From the human T2T-CHM13v2.0 reference genome, Homo sapiens: a stretch of DNA of 64,000 nucleotides. The stretch is taken from assembly GCF_009914755.1 (NCBI RefSeq), contig NC_060926.1; one strand, given 5' to 3'. The notes under the pieces were generated by a model, which saw only the letters and a list, made by a program, of their open reading frames with translations, was not told where the DNA came from and did not search any database. This document shows, one piece after another, positions 1 through 17,262 of this stretch (the first letter of the stretch is position 1; each line of letters opens with the position of its first letter). Made by a program: the position numbers and the translations under genes.

Positions 1-506
1 ACACACATAGGCTCAAAATAAAGGGATGGAGGAAGATCTTCCAAGCAAATGGAAAGCAAAAAAAAGCAGGGGTTGCAATCCTAGTCTCTGATAAAACAGA
101 CTTTAAACCAACAAAGATCAAAAGAGACAAAGAAGGCCATTACATAATGGTAAAGGGATCAATTCAACAAGAAGAGCTAACTACCCTAAATATATATGCA
201 CCCAATACAGGAGCACCCAGATTCATAAAGCAAGTCCTTAGAGACCTACAAAGAGACTTAGACTCCCACACAATAATAATGGGAGACTTTAACACCCCAC
301 TGTCAACATTAGACAGATCAATGAGACAGAAAATTAACAAGGATATCCAGGAATTGAACTCAGCTCTGCACCAAGCAGACCTAATAGACGTCTACAGAAA
401 TCTCCTCCCCAAATCAACAGAATATACATTCTTCTCAGCACCACATCACACTTATTCCAAAATTGACCACATAGTTGGAAGTGAAGCACTCTGCAGCAAA
501 TGTTAA

Positions 507-953
<447 letters not shown>

Positions 954-1753
954 TAAAAGATCTACAAAATTGATAGACCACTAGCAAGACTAATAAAGAA
1001 AAAAAGAGAAGAATCAAATAGATGCAATAAAAAGTGATAAAGGGGATATCACCACTGATCCCACAGAAATACAAACTGCCATCAGAGAATACTATAAACA
1101 CCTCTATGCAAATAAACTAGAAAATCTAGAAGAAAGGATAAATTCCTGGACATATACACCCTCCCAAGACTAAACCAGGAAGAAGTGGAATCCCTGAAAA
1201 GACCAATAACAGGCTCTGAAATTGAGGCAATAATTAGTACCCTACCATCCAAAGAAAGTCCAGGACCAGACGGATTCACAGCCGAATTCTACCAGAGATA
1301 CAAAGAGGAGCTGGTGCCGTTCCTTCTGAAACTATTCCAATCAATAGAAAAAGAGAGAATCCTCCCTAACGCATTCTGTGAGGCCAGCATCATCCTGATA
1401 CCAAAGCCTGGCAGAGGCGCAACCAAAAAAGAGAATTGTAGACCAATATCCCTGATGAACATCGATGCAAAAATCCTCAATAAAATACTGGCAAACTGAA
1501 TCCAGCAGCACGTCAAAAAGCTTATCCACCATGATCAAATCAGCTTCATCCCTGGGATGCAAGGCTGGTTCAACATATGCAAATCAATAAACACAATCCA
1601 TCGTATAAACAGAACCAAAGACAAAAACCACATGATTATCTCAGTAGATAAGGAAAAGACCTTCGACAAAATTCAACAGCCCTTCATGCTAAAAACTCTC
1701 AATAAACTAGGTACTGATGGGATGTATCTCAAAACAATAAGAGCCATTTATGA

Positions 1754-2065
<312 letters not shown>

Positions 2066-2068
2066 TAA

Positions 2069-3362
<1,294 letters not shown>

Positions 3363-5574
3363 TAGCTAAACAGAGATATAGACCAATGGAACAGAACAGA
3401 TGCCTCAGAAATAACACCACACATCTACAACCATCTGATCTTTGACAAACCTGACAAAAACAAGCAATGGGGAAAGGATTCCCTATTTAATAAATGGTGC
3501 TGGGAAAACTGGCTGGCCATATGTAGAAAGCTGAAACTGGATCCCTTCCTTACACCTTATACAAAAATTAATTCAAGATGGATTAAAGACTTAAATGTTA
3601 GATCTAAAACCATAAAAACCCCAGAAGAAAACCTAGGCAATACCATTCAGGACATAGGCATGGGCAAGGACTTTATGACTAATGCACCAAAAGCAATGGC
3701 AACAAAAGCCAAAATTGACAAATGGGAACTGATTAAACTAAAGAGCTTCTGCACAGCAAAAGAAACTACCATCAGAGTGAACAGGCAACCTACAGAATAG
3801 GAGAAAATTTTTACAATCTACCCATCTGACAAAGGGCTAATATCCAGAATCTACAAAGAACTTAAACAAATTTACAAGAAAAAATCAACCCCATCAAAAA
3901 GTGGGTGAAGGATATGAACAGACACTTCTCAAAAGAAGACATTTATGCAGCCAAGAATCACATGAAAAAATTCTCATCATCACTGGCCATCAGAGAAATG
4001 CAAATCAAAACCACGAGATACCATCTGACACCAATTATAATGGCGATCATTAAAAAGTCAGGAAACAACAGGTGCTGGCAAGGATGTGGAGAAATAGGAA
4101 CACTTTTACACTCTTGGTGGGACTGTAAACTAGTCCAACCATTGTGGAAGTCAGTGTGGCAATTCCTCAAGGATCTAGAACTAGAAATACCATTTGACCC
4201 AGCCATCCCATTACTAGGTATATACCAAAAGGATTATTAATCATGCTGCTATAAAGACACATGCACACGTATGTTTATTGCAGCACTATTCACAATAGCA
4301 AAGACTTGGAACCAACCCAAATGTCCATCAATGATAGACTGGATTAAGAAAATGTGGCACATACACACCATGGAATACTATGCAGCCATAAAAAAGGATG
4401 AGTTAGTGTCCTTTGTAGGGACATGGATGAAACTGGAAAACATCATTCTGAGCAAACAATCACAAGGACAGAAAACTAAACACTGCATGTTCTCACTCAT
4501 AGGCAGGAATCGAACAATGAAAACACTTGGAGACAGGGTGGGAAACATCACACACCATGGCCTGCCGTGGGGTGAGGGGACAGAGGAGGTATAGCATTAG
4601 GAGATATACCTAATGTAAATAATGAGTTAACAGGTGCAGCACACCAACATGGCACATGTATACATATGCAACAAACCTGCACGTTGTGCACATGTACCCC
4701 AGAACTTAAAGTATTAAAAAAAAATGAGATAAACTTTTAAGAAGCTACGTGTACTCAATGCCCGACTTGAGGATGCTTTTTTGGACCTACTTAAAAATCT
4801 GACTGTCAATGCAAAAGGAAAAAATATTTTCTGTTGAACAAGACAGTTAATTCTAGATGTGTTTTAAAGTTTTACTTTAAGAATGATAATTTAAAATATT
4901 AAATAGTTATGGTATTATTTTTTAATTTTAAAATTATTTTATTGCATGTTATTTTGTGTTATTCTTGCCTTCTTTTAGTGTTTTAAAAAATTATCAGGTA
5001 GAGTTTTTTTTACGTATTATTAAAATAACATGCTAATATATTAGGGTCATAATAATAACAAACCATAATTTATTATTATAACATTTTTATAGAAAAACTC
5101 TGAGAGGTTTAGTATAAGCCTATCACAGAAAAATGACTTACTGCTTATTACTATGATAATATATTCTTAACAATACAGAAAGTGTTATGAAAAATATCGA
5201 TTACTTATAATTTGGGGAATTGCTGAGAATTTTCAGAAATTCTTATTTTTTGTGTTTCTGAATCCTGAAGAGTAATATCTGTTGGGAATTTAGTAGGTCA
5301 TGGTAAGAACCACAGAAGCAATGACGGGGAGAAATAAGCCACTACCAAGGTGGGAGGTGGAGCGACTCTTGCTAATTGGTCTTGCTAATGAATCTTGCCT
5401 TATGCTGAGAGTTGTCCAGTGATCTAGTCCCAAGCCGCTTTCTTCCGTTCTTGAGGCTCATCTGCAATGGAATTCTTATTCCTTCCAAGAGAATTCTGCT
5501 TTCTTTATCGCCACATTTTACCATACTGTGAATTACTGGAGGTAACCTGAGTATGGCAAAAAGCCCTAACATGT

Positions 5575-5805
5575 AGCCTGGGAAGCACGGTGAGATCCCA
5601 TCTCTGGAAAAATAACAAATTAGCCAGACATGGTGGCGTGTGCCTGTGGTCTCAGCTACTCAAGAGGCAAAGGTGGGAGGAGTGCTTGAGCCCCAGAGGT
5701 CAAGGCTGCAGTGAGCTGTGATTACGCCACTGCACTCCAGGCCAGGCAAGAGAGTGAGACCCTGTATAAAAAAAGAAAAAAAAAAAAAAGAAAGAAAGAA
5801 AAGAA
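5575..5805 (+). mobile_element. AluJ-like, 5'-truncated, with A/GAAA tail
   Basis: End of left arm, linker, then right arm with gaggtcaaggctgcagtgagctgtgatt (J-type). Confidence 0.85.
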
Positions 5806-6331
5806 GACGCTAATATGTACAGAAATTTAAAATTGAAGGATCAATCAGGCTGTGACTGAAAAGCATTAGGATTTGTTTTCAAGTAGATAATTAATGAACA
5901 AGAAGTGATTTTATTTCGCCTCCTAATTAAATAGCTTTATTTACATTAAAATATGATTTAATCCTAGGTTCTACTATTTCAGAAGCCTGAACTACCTCAG
6001 AAGCCTGTGTCTGTCTGGCTTCAGTCTGATGTCAGAATTATTAAACAGGCTAATGAATCATGCTGATTATACAGGTAGCACTGTGAACTGTAAAATACCT
6101 ACTACATTGTTTACTACTATAATACAAAATTATTTCTTCAGTCTGAAGTTGTGATCAGAAGGAACGCCAACATTTCCAAATTAGAACTAACCATTGGAAA
6201 TGGTGCAGGTGTGTGGAATTCAGGAAGTGTTTCACAACTTCACCAAGCATGTTTCTTCAATTATAACTCAATTGTGCTACTAATTATGCTATTTATCTCT
6301 CTATAATCGGAATTTAGTTATTTCTTTACTC

Positions 6332-6461
6332 TTTTTTTTTTTTTTTTGAGTTGAAGTCTCTCCTGTTGCCCAGGCAGGTCTTGAAATCCTAGACTGAAGC
6401 AATCCTCTACTTCAGACCCTCAAAGTGCTGGGATTACAGGCTTGAGCCACCGTGCCCAGCC
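6332..6461 (-). mobile_element. FLAM_C-like Alu monomer
   Basis: Poly(T) joined directly to a reverse left monomer; ctttactc on both sides as probable TSD. Confidence 0.85.
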
Positions 6462-6829
6462 GCTTTACTCAATTATTTTCTGTTCCTTGGTTTTTTGAGT
6501 TACAGCCAAAAGAACTTTTGTATCACACACAACAGTGCTCCAAAATGAAAATGATATATAGATTTGTTTCCACATCTATTTATAATTTTTTTCTCTTTTA
6601 TTGAAAGAATAATGTCACTTTATTTAAAAATCACCGATGTATTCACCATGTCAACAGGACTAGTTTCCATTTCAAATATTAGACCTTATGTGTCCACATA
6701 ATTTATACATTATTTCAATCTCAGACAACTTTATAATATTTTGGTATTTCATTTTAATAAAATATGAATACTATTCTTTATTGCTAGGCTATTTCTTATG
6801 AAGATATAAACTCTCTTATACCTTATATA

Positions 6830-7160
6830 CCAAATATCAGTAAACATTTTCTGTAAAGGGCCAGATAGTAAATATTTTAGGTTTTTCAGGTGATACAGTT
6901 TCTGTCAAAAGTATGCAACTCTGCCTTTAAAGCATGAAAACAGTGGTGGATAATATATAAACGAATGTGTGGCTATGTTCCAATATACCTTTATTTATGT
7001 TCACTGAATTTAAATTTCACATTTTTTTGCTTCACAAAATATTGTTCCTCTGTTGAATGTTTTCAACCATTTAAAAATTTAAAAGCTACATTTGTGGGTC
7101 ATACAAAAACAGATGGTGGGCTGGATCTGATCACTGGGCCAGTTTGCCAACCCATCTACT
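6830..7160. mobile_element. MER58(B)-like hAT DNA transposon
   Basis: ttttctgtaaagggccagatagtaaatattttagg ... acaaaaacagatggtgggctggat...gtttgccaaccc match MER58 ends. Confidence 0.8.
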
Positions 7161-8841
7161 ATGCTAGATTCATATATACATAAATATTTTCAACATGATG
7201 CTTCTACCTACTTTTGGTGGTAAGAAATAAACATTACAGTGTTAGTGGGAGCCAGAAATTCATTTTCATAGGTAATAAGTGAATTCACTTATTTATATGT
7301 TCCAATACTGTATATCAGAATGATAGATAATAACTAGGTTTCATTTGAGTCAAAGTGGTTTAGTTAATAGTATATAGAAATAAAATTGGATTAATAATTC
7401 TTCCCTTTCATCCTCAAAGGGGAATTGGAAGAAGTGATTAGTGATTTTTACATCATATAAGAAGTAAAATTGCTATATAAGTATGGAATTTAACAAGGCA
7501 TGTGAACTTGGCTTTCATCAAACCCAATTATAAATGTCTAGATTTACACACAAAGGAGACTGCAGGGTGATTGCTGACTTTACCAGACAATACACAATTG
7601 CATCTCTCTATTCAGCAAGCTCAATGAATGCATTTAAAATATAATTTGGCTTGCACACAGCTTTCCCACAATTTGTCTATTAAATATAGTGAAGAACTGC
7701 AAAATGATACAAAAATATCTATGAAAGTTTCCCTCAATGAATGTATCATCTCATTCTCACTTCAGAATGATCAATGGAGCCCTGGAAGTCCTCTAGCTGT
7801 CACTGTACAAAGATTTTTTGACATGCATCAAAGAAGCCATTGGTATACATGAAGCATAGTTTATTTGTATATTGCATTTTTGCATTTAGAAAATTCCAAA
7901 ATGCTAAAAAATCCTTTTACTCTCATCACTTGCTAAGTCTGCTTTCTTGACCAGCCTTTCCTATCCTTTCTACTCTGCCGCGGCCACTTTTTAACTTAAA
8001 GCCTTTAGAGCATGGCTCGAACTACAACCAGGGACTGAACTTCTAGCTATGGATCTGCTCCCTTTGCCTTTGGGAACAGAAGGGTTGCAGCAGTTGCTTG
8101 ATGCCATATGTTGGTGCTTGCTAGGAACTAGATGCTTTCTCAGTGGTGGTAAAATCTTTGCTCTTGCTTTCTGTTTTTAATGCGAATTGTAAAGTGGAAA
8201 TTCCTACACATTTTGAGCGTGAGTATGAAGTGACTAGTCTGAATTTGGGCCAGCTTCCACTTGTTCCTATGTGGTAGAGGAGCCAGTAGGTATGACTTGG
8301 TGGTTCTGGAGTGAAAGCCTGCCACATATCTCAAGGGTTTTATTCTGGTGGAAAAATCTCAAGCTTCTTAAATCTCAATATTCAAATTAGAAGCATTTTT
8401 AATGAGATATTTTGTGTTTGCTCTGCTGAGTCTGACCCTTTTATTCTTCTTTTTCATGTTGATTATATCAACATGATACTCACATAGTCTCAAGTGGGAT
8501 ATTAATTTACTTTCTAAAGGAACATTAGATTTTCAAATTCCAGATTTCTATAGTTTTCCATCAAGCACTTTATCTGATAGTAAGGCTTGCTGTTATTAAA
8601 ATCCTTACTGGCAAGTAACTTCACAGACTTGGAAAGTGCCACAGGCAAATGAAGTCACTTGTCTAAAAATTGTCAGGAAATTCTGGGTTCCTTGAATTAT
8701 AATATTTTTCTTATCCTTTTGAGCTGCTTCCCAGCTTAGATTTTACAAAACACCTTAAACTACTTTTGGGTTAAATAGAATTTTCTTATGGTTGAGTCAA
8801 ATCTCTTTGGACATTATAAAGTGTTCAAAGAAACATTATTA

Positions 8842-9103
<262 letters not shown>

Positions 9104-10699
9104 CTAATTGGAATTTAACTTTTTTTCCCCTTTATCATCTATTTAAAATGACATTTCTGATGGATGTTGGAAAGGTTCACTATTCCATTGACTATTCAAA
9201 AGGACTCACTTTTCATTTTCCAGATGAAGTCACTTTTTCAGAGTGAGCTTTGGAAATCAATGTAAAAGTCTGTTCTCCTTATATTCAGGGCTTAGACCAT
9301 TGAATCATACAATGTCTGTAAGGCATATAGAAAATGATGTACGTAGTAACATCATTTTCTTTATGTGAATACTTTTCTATGTTTCTATAATGCTCATAAG
9401 AAAGACTAGGTTTTCAATTTTTAATTCAGAAGTTATCACTAGTATTAACATCCTACATATGTCTCCAGGTTCATCTAATGATTAGATATTGAGACTCTTA
9501 CTAGGTCAAGGAACAGAGAAGATAATACAGTAGACACCTAGTTTTACAAATTCTTAGGGAAGAAAGAAAACTATTGTTACATAGAAACCGATGATGAACA
9601 ACATAACCTAGAAACTGGAGATGAGCAAAATAACCTAGAATATGATGATAATTGTTAATCAGAAGACTAAACCAAATAAAGGCGGGTTATGGCCTGTTCA
9701 AGAACCAAAATTATGAATGCTACTTACAATGTAGTTTTCTAAGAAGTAGACCAAGCAGCTACTATTCTGTTCATTCTTTCCATCAATAGGTAAGGATTTT
9801 TTTTGACATCTACTATAAGCAAGGTGTTGTTTTATGTTCTGAAAATTCAAAAACTCTTGCCCTCTATGATCTCATGATCTAATGGGCAAAGTACCTAGTC
9901 CATAAGAACAAAGCATTTTCTACCATTTGTAATGAAAGACCTCTCACTGCCCAATTCAAAATTTCAAAGGATTTCTTAAATGTATTAGTAAAAGTGTATT
10001 GAATGTTCACAGAAATTGCTTTGGGTGTGGTATGAAATGGCCTAACTTTTGGTTCTCAATGGTTAAGGGTAAGATGCTTTATTGGATTCAGATGTGCAGA
10101 GAGCTATCTCTGGGATGAGGAAAGTGCTCAGACATATTGAGGTAAATCTGAGGGAGAGAAACGTGTTTTGTCAGATAGCAAATATATCGATTCCTAGATT
10201 ATATTTCTGGATCCATCACTGAAGCATTTTCTTATCCTTTCGATGCATTGGTTTTCTCACCTATAAAATAAGATGATTTTAATCTCTGTAAAGTAAGGAT
10301 TTTAATCTCTAAAATCCTTTCTAGAATATAATACAATATACTTCAAGAGTTAAAAAATGGGAAGAAGTTGGTTTATTCATCATGTACCAGAACTGATATG
10401 AACTAAACAACTACAGGCTCTATGGCTGAAATGACCAAGAAACCATGATAAGCAAAAAGAAAGGAAATAACATAGAAAATAAGAACATTTTTTCCTGAGG
10501 ACTGGGAGCTGGACAGAAACATTAATAACAATTCATAACAACTTGGCTGGAGCATGCTTGAGTTGAGTTTGTAGAGCATGCACCTTAACAAAATAAAACT
10601 CTTTTGACTACATATTCCCTTCCTGCCTCAACCTCACTTCTTTGCTTCAGATTCACAGCACATACATTGAAAAGACATGCCTCACTTTGTAGCTCCATA

Positions 10700-11230
10700 A
10701 TCTCATTGCCTTTGGGTTTTTGACTTTTTCTCCACTAAAATGGCTTTTTAAGTTACCGGTGCTCCCCATGTCGCCAAATTCAGTGATTACTTCTTTGTCC
10801 TCCTCTTCTCTCAACAGGACTGACACACTCAATAACCTTCTCTTTTCTCTTTTTGTCCTCTTTAGCCCAACTTTCCTGATTTATGCCTACCTCACTGATA
10901 ACTCTACAGTTCCTGCCTCTGGTTCCTCCTCCTATGCCTCTTCTCTAAATATTGAGTGTGATAGAATTCAGTCTTCTCTTCCCTAGCTACACTACTCTCT
11001 GTCTCTTGATCTCATTTGCTCCATGGCTTTAAAATGTATTTATGTGAAGATGACTTCCAAATATGTATCTCTATGCCTCAAGTTCCAGATTTGTAGTGTT
11101 CACTCAATACCTGTTATCTTCCCTTGGATGTCCATAAGCATATTGAACTCAACATATCTAAAGAGAATACTGGAAACGATCCTCCACCACCATCACTAGG
11201 AAAGCTGTTTCTCACTCGGGCTTTCCTACC
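10700..11230 (+). mobile_element. L2 remnant
   Basis: Pyrimidine-rich degenerate L2 motifs (ccatggctttaaa...gatgacttccaaat, cttggatgtc...tgaactcaacatatctaaa). Confidence 0.65.
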
Positions 11231-11837
11231 TTAGAAATAAATGAGCTGAGTGTCAGAAAAGTGAAAACAGGTAAACTGGTCACTTAATCTAGTTACATAG
11301 CTAGTTAGGGGCAGAGCCAGAGATGTAACTCAGATCACCAGAATCTCAGTTCAAGTTTTAAAATATATTCCACACTACTTTGATATTTTTGAATCAGATA
11401 TCAGGTATGATTTTTGCTGTCATTGATTTCCGATGCATCTTTTGTAGTCATTGTGTGACGGATAAGAACGAATTCATTCTAATCTTCCCCTGCCTCCAGT
11501 TGCTCACGGGCTGCTGGAGGAACTTGTGTAGTGATATAAACTATATCATTACAATGTGTATCTTCCAGCCTCACCTGGGTTTTCAAGCCCTCCTAAATAT
11601 TTTTGCTTTTTCTTAGTTGCCTCTGTTTTCCATTTTTGCTCAGCAGATGCCCAAACTTTTATAACCACCCCATTTATATTTATTGAATAAATTTACCTTC
11701 AACTTGCCATGGAAACAAAAGTTATCTGGTAAATAGTTCCTCAACTTCCCACCATCCTATCTCTAAACTTTCCTTTACCTGCCTTACACTTCCCTCTTCT
11801 GTCATCTCAATTGGAATCTACTATAACGTAAAACTTT

Positions 11838-12135
<298 letters not shown>

Positions 12136-12424
12136 TAAATTTTATTAAAAAAAAAAAAAAGAAAAGTTGAATGAGCAGAGCTGTTCCTCCTTCTTGGAAC
12201 TATGTTTTCTCTTGAGTTCTCTATCACCATTACCTCCTGGTTTTCTTTGTACCTCTCTCACACTCCTTCACTGAGCTTATCTACTACTTAAACTGTGTTT
12301 CACTCTGGAGTTTCATCCTAGGCCTTTTCTAATGTTTAACCCTTTCTCTTTGGGGAAACCCCATTTATTCCATATCTTTGCATAATACCTATAGGTGTGA
12401 TCCATATATCCAGTGGGGATGTGA

Positions 12425-12771
<347 letters not shown>

Positions 12772-13261
12772 CCTGACCTTCATATTTATGTTTCTAACTA
12801 GACCTGGTTATTAGAGCGATCTGCTTACCACATGGCGATGGGGAGGCCAAACCAACATTTTCATACCACACTTCACCAAGGTTTGCCTGCAGACATCAGT
12901 TTTCATTCACTGCCATCAAACGCATTAGCAGATACGTATGAAGAAGCTACCTCTGTTGGAGAAGTATGTGTGTCAAAAATTATACTTACCACACTTTGTC
13001 TTAAGGAGAGTAGAATATAAGATGGTAATGTTTGTGGTGTGATGGGTAACAGCTGGCAGGATAAGCTATATTCTAGGAGGATGGATTATTTAATTCTAGG
13101 CTTTTGTTTTGCTGATTGGGGAGTGCAATTTTGGGCCAAAAGCCAGACTCTTAAGAATAATACATGAAGGCTGAGAACCTGCCTTGGTTTCTCTAGCTTT
13201 CCCCACACTGTACTTGCTGCCTCCTCTAAAGAAAAAACAAAAACAAACAACAGCAACAACA

Positions 13262-15145
13262 GAAAACTTCAGTAAAGTTTCAGGATACAAAGTCAATGTG
13301 CAAAAATTAGTAGCATCTCTATACACCAATAACATTCAAGCTGAGAGCCAAATCAAGAATGCAATTCCCATTTAAAATAGCCACAAGAAAAATAAAATAC
13401 TAGGAATACACATAACCAGAAAGTGAATGATCTCTACAAGGAGAACTATAAAACACTGCTAAAAGAAGTTGCAGATGACAAAAACAAGTGGAAACACATT
13501 CCAAGTTCATAAACTGGAAGACTCAACCTTGTTAAAATGGCCATACTGCCTGAAGCAATCTACAGATTCAATGCTTTTCCTATCAAACTATCAATGCCAT
13601 TTTTCACAGAACTAGAATAAATGATTCTAAAATCCACATGGAACCAAAAAAGAACTCAAATAGCCAAAGCAATCCCAACCAAAAGAACAAAACCAGAGAC
13701 ATCACATTACCTGACTTCAAACTATACTATAAGGCTACAGTAACCAAAACAGCATGGTACTGTTACAAAACCTGGTACAAAAACAGACACACAGACTAAT
13801 GGAACAGAATAGAGTCCTCTAAAATGAAGCTGCACACCTACAACCACCTGATCTTTGACAAAACAAGCAATGAGGAAAGGACTTCCTATTCAATAAATGG
13901 TGCTGGGATAACTGTCTAGCCATGCACAGAAGAATGAAACTGGACTCCTACCTTTCACCATGACCATAAAAAAAAAAAAAACTCAACATGGATTAAAGAT
14001 TTAAATGTAAGACCTACAACTATAAAACTCCTAGAAGAAAACCTAGTAAATACCATTTCGGACATCAGCCTTGGCAAGTAATTCTTGACTTAATTCTCAA
14101 CTGCAACAAAAACAAAAATTGACAAATGGGACCTAATTAAACTAGAGAACTTCTGCACAGCAAAAGAAACTACCAACAGACTAAACAGACAACCTACAGA
14201 ATGGGAGAAAATATTCAGAAACTGTGCATCCAACAAAGGTCTACTATCCAGAATCTATAAACAATTTAAGCAATTTAACAAGCAAAAAACAAACAACCAA
14301 ATTTTAAAAAATGGGCAAAGGACATGAACAGACATTTCTCAAAAGGAGACATACAATTGGCCAAAAAAACACATGAAAAAAATGCTCCACATCACTAATC
14401 ATCAGAAAAATGCAAATCAAAACCACAATGAGATACCATTTCACGCCAGTCAGAATGTCTATTATTAAAAAAAAAAAAAAAACAGATACTGATGAGGCTG
14501 TGGAGAAAAAGGAATGCTTACACACTGTTGTTAGAATGTAAATTCATTCAACCACTGTGGAAAGCAGTTAGGAGATTTCTGAAAGAACTTAAAACCGAAC
14601 TACCTTTTGACGCAACAATCCCATTACTGGGTATATATCCAAAAGAAAACAAATCGTTCTGCTAAAAAGACACATGCGCTTGCATGTGCATCACAGCACT
14701 ATCACAATAGCAAAGACATAGACTTAACCTAGGTACCCATCAACGGTGGACTGGATTAAAAAATATGGTACTTATGCACCATGGAGTACTACACAGCCCT
14801 AAGAAGAAGGAACTCATGTCCTTTGCAGCAACATGGATGCAGTTGAAGGCCATTATCCCAAGTGAATTAACACAGAAACAGAAAACCAAATACCTCATCT
14901 TCTCACTTATAAGTGGGAACATTGGGTACTCATAGACATAAAGATGGCAACAGTAGACAATGGGGACTACTAGAGAGGGGAGAGAGGGGAGGGTCAAGGG
15001 TTGAAAATCTTTTGGGAACTATGCTCGGTACCTGGGTGATAGGATTATTTATACCCCAAACTTCAGCATCAAGCCACATGCCCAGATAACAAACCTGCAC
15101 ATGTACCTCCAAAATCTAAAACAAAAGTTGAAAAATAAAATAAAA
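13262..15145 (+). mobile_element. L1PA16-like 5'-truncated LINE-1
   Basis: Degenerate 3' ORF2 ([14 protein letters not shown]) and 3'UTR ggggactactagag...ccccaaacttcagcatc...aatctaaaacaaaagttgaaaa. Confidence 0.88.
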
Positions 15146-15353
15146 TGGAAAAGAAACAAAATAAAGCAACAAAGAATCTACAACTGTCAAGACATTGTGC
15201 TAAATCCTTTATCTGCTGCTTCCAATAATCGTAGCAAGGTCTGCTTGACTTCGATGAAACTAATACAATTAGAACTTTGGTGAAATGAATCTAAAGAAAA
15301 ATAGCATATAGGCATATGACTTCTAATTAAATGTTAGAGATGTATGTTCTAAA

Positions 15354-15482
15354 CCAGGTGTGGTGGTGTGTGCCTGTAATCTTAGCTACTTGGGAGGCTG
15401 AGATGGGAGGTTTGCTTGAGTTGCTCAAGAGATTGAAACCAGCCTGGGCAACATAATGAGACCTTGTCAAAACAAACAAAAA
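15354..15482 (+). mobile_element. FLAM_A-like Alu monomer
   Basis: Single monomer ending ...gagaccttgtc plus A-rich tail. Confidence 0.8.
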
Positions 15483-15497
15483 CACACACACACCCCA

Positions 15498-15582
15498 CAA
15501 AAAAAAAGATAGAAAGAAAGAAAGGAAGGAAGAAAGAAAGAAAGAAAGAAGAAAGAAAGAAAGAAAGAAAAAAGAAAGAAAA
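15498..15582 (+). repeat. (GAAA)n/(GGAA)n compound microsatellite in the FLAM tail
   Basis: Direct reading: agaaagaaagaaaggaaggaagaaagaaag... Confidence 0.9.
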
Positions 15583-16690
15583 ATATTTGTCTTTTTATCA
15601 CTGTAATTTATTATGCATGAATTGATGTAGTCTACGTTGTTGCTGAACAAATGCTGAAGAAGTTTCCACATTTCAACCTGAAGCAAATAAACCCATTAGA
15701 AAAATATATCAGAGGGATAATGCCATTCTGTTGTAAATAGAATCCAAAATTCATATTTGTGTCTGGAGGCTGATCACTTCTGACCAGCTGAATCTATTTT
15801 AAGCAACATGGGAGAGAAAGCATATATTCTGGACATGAAAGATAACAAATACTGTACTTCGGATTTGATTGGTTTAAAAATATTCTAAGAATGCATGAGG
15901 CAGGTGCATATAAAGATATAAAAATGTAAGACTGCATGTTTATCTTGTGATTTTGATTCCATGTCTTCACTCAGAAAATGCCTAGATTAAATTTTTGTCC
16001 ATTTTTGTCAGACAATGTGTAAACTAAACCTCAGGACTAGAATTCCTATTGGGAGAGCTTTTTCCTCTATAAAGGAACCCTTGTCACAGTGAATGAATAT
16101 CACTTTCTGATTCACAAGAAAAATCTGTTAAGGTAGGAGAACATCCAATCAGGTAGAAAAGCATCCTGAAACAATTTGGTTATAATAATTAAAGAAAATG
16201 AAGGGGATGAATTAATCTCTGGCATAGTTTGGCAAAAAGCTTTTATGCTGAGTTTGCATTAGCAGTGGATGTCTGGTGTGTGGCATTGAGAAGGATTCCA
16301 AGTACAACCGCAGGCTAAACAGGAAAGATCAATGAGTAATACTTGCCTTGGGTGTAGAATGGGGGAATGATAGTCCTCACACAGTGTATTTGCTGACCCG
16401 AGTGTAACAGTGTGACTGTAATGCTGAAAAAGCATCTGGAGAGAAGACATAAATAAGAATTCTGAACATGAAAGGAAATATCAATTTCATGGCCTCCACA
16501 AAATATGTAAAGCATTGGTTAGATAAAAGATAAAATCTGGTCTCGAAAGAGACAATTAATAGCACTTGAAACAAATTCCATACTCTAGTATTATTTGGAA
16601 TTTGTGTACTTTGATATAGTTGAAATAGGATGATACAAGAGGCTTATCAAATAAGTAATGAAAAACCTGTAAATCAAAACAGGGAACGTT

Positions 16691-16830
16691 GCCGGGCATG
16701 GTGGTGCATGCCTGTAATTCCAGCTACGTGGGAGGCTGAGGCAGGAGAATCCCTTGAGTCTAGGAGTTCAAGATCAGCCTGGAGAACATTAGTGAGACCC
16801 CATCTCAAAAAATAAATAACTAAAACAAAA
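16691..16830 (+). mobile_element. FLAM_A-like Alu monomer
   Basis: gccgggcatggtgg...gagaccccatctcaaaaaat with no right arm. Confidence 0.8.
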
Positions 16831-17075
16831 TAACATTTAAAAAAACAGCAAAAGTTCACATTGTTATTATCCAGACATATGCAACCCAAACGACATGGAT
16901 TACTTTCATTAAATCCAAGATTCAGAATCTTGAATGAGAAAAACAGTATAAGCTCAATGTTTAAACAGGTATCTAACGTTCAGACTTCTTTTCTGTTTTC
17001 TCTTTTGTTTTTATGCTGATTCCAAGTAGAGCTTTTTACCCACCACTCACCAATCAGGATCTTTTTCTCCCTCTC

Positions 17076-17153
17076 TCTTTCTAATTTAGTTTCTTTTATA
17101 AAACACTTCTGAGATCTTTCTAATTTAGTTTCTTTTATAAAACACTTCTGAGA
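17076..17153. repeat. Perfect 39-bp tandem duplication
   Basis: tctttctaatttagtttcttttataaaacacttctgaga at 17076-17114 and 17115-17153. Confidence 0.95.
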
Positions 17154-17262
17154 TGAAGTGTAACAGGAAAGAAAGAAAAGACAAAGGAAATTAAATGACT
17201 AATCACCCAATTAAATTAGAGGCTTATCTTCTGTCTCTACTCGTCTTCCAGTTGGTTATCTA

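Noticed and set aside
7628-8334. Possible exon or processed pseudogene in unique sequence
   Set aside because: No recognisable protein in any frame, no poly(A)/TSD, weak splice donors.
12147-12165. Orphan A-run next to a minus-strand Alu
   Set aside because: No retroposed body or TSD can be assigned; treated as a simple homopolymer.
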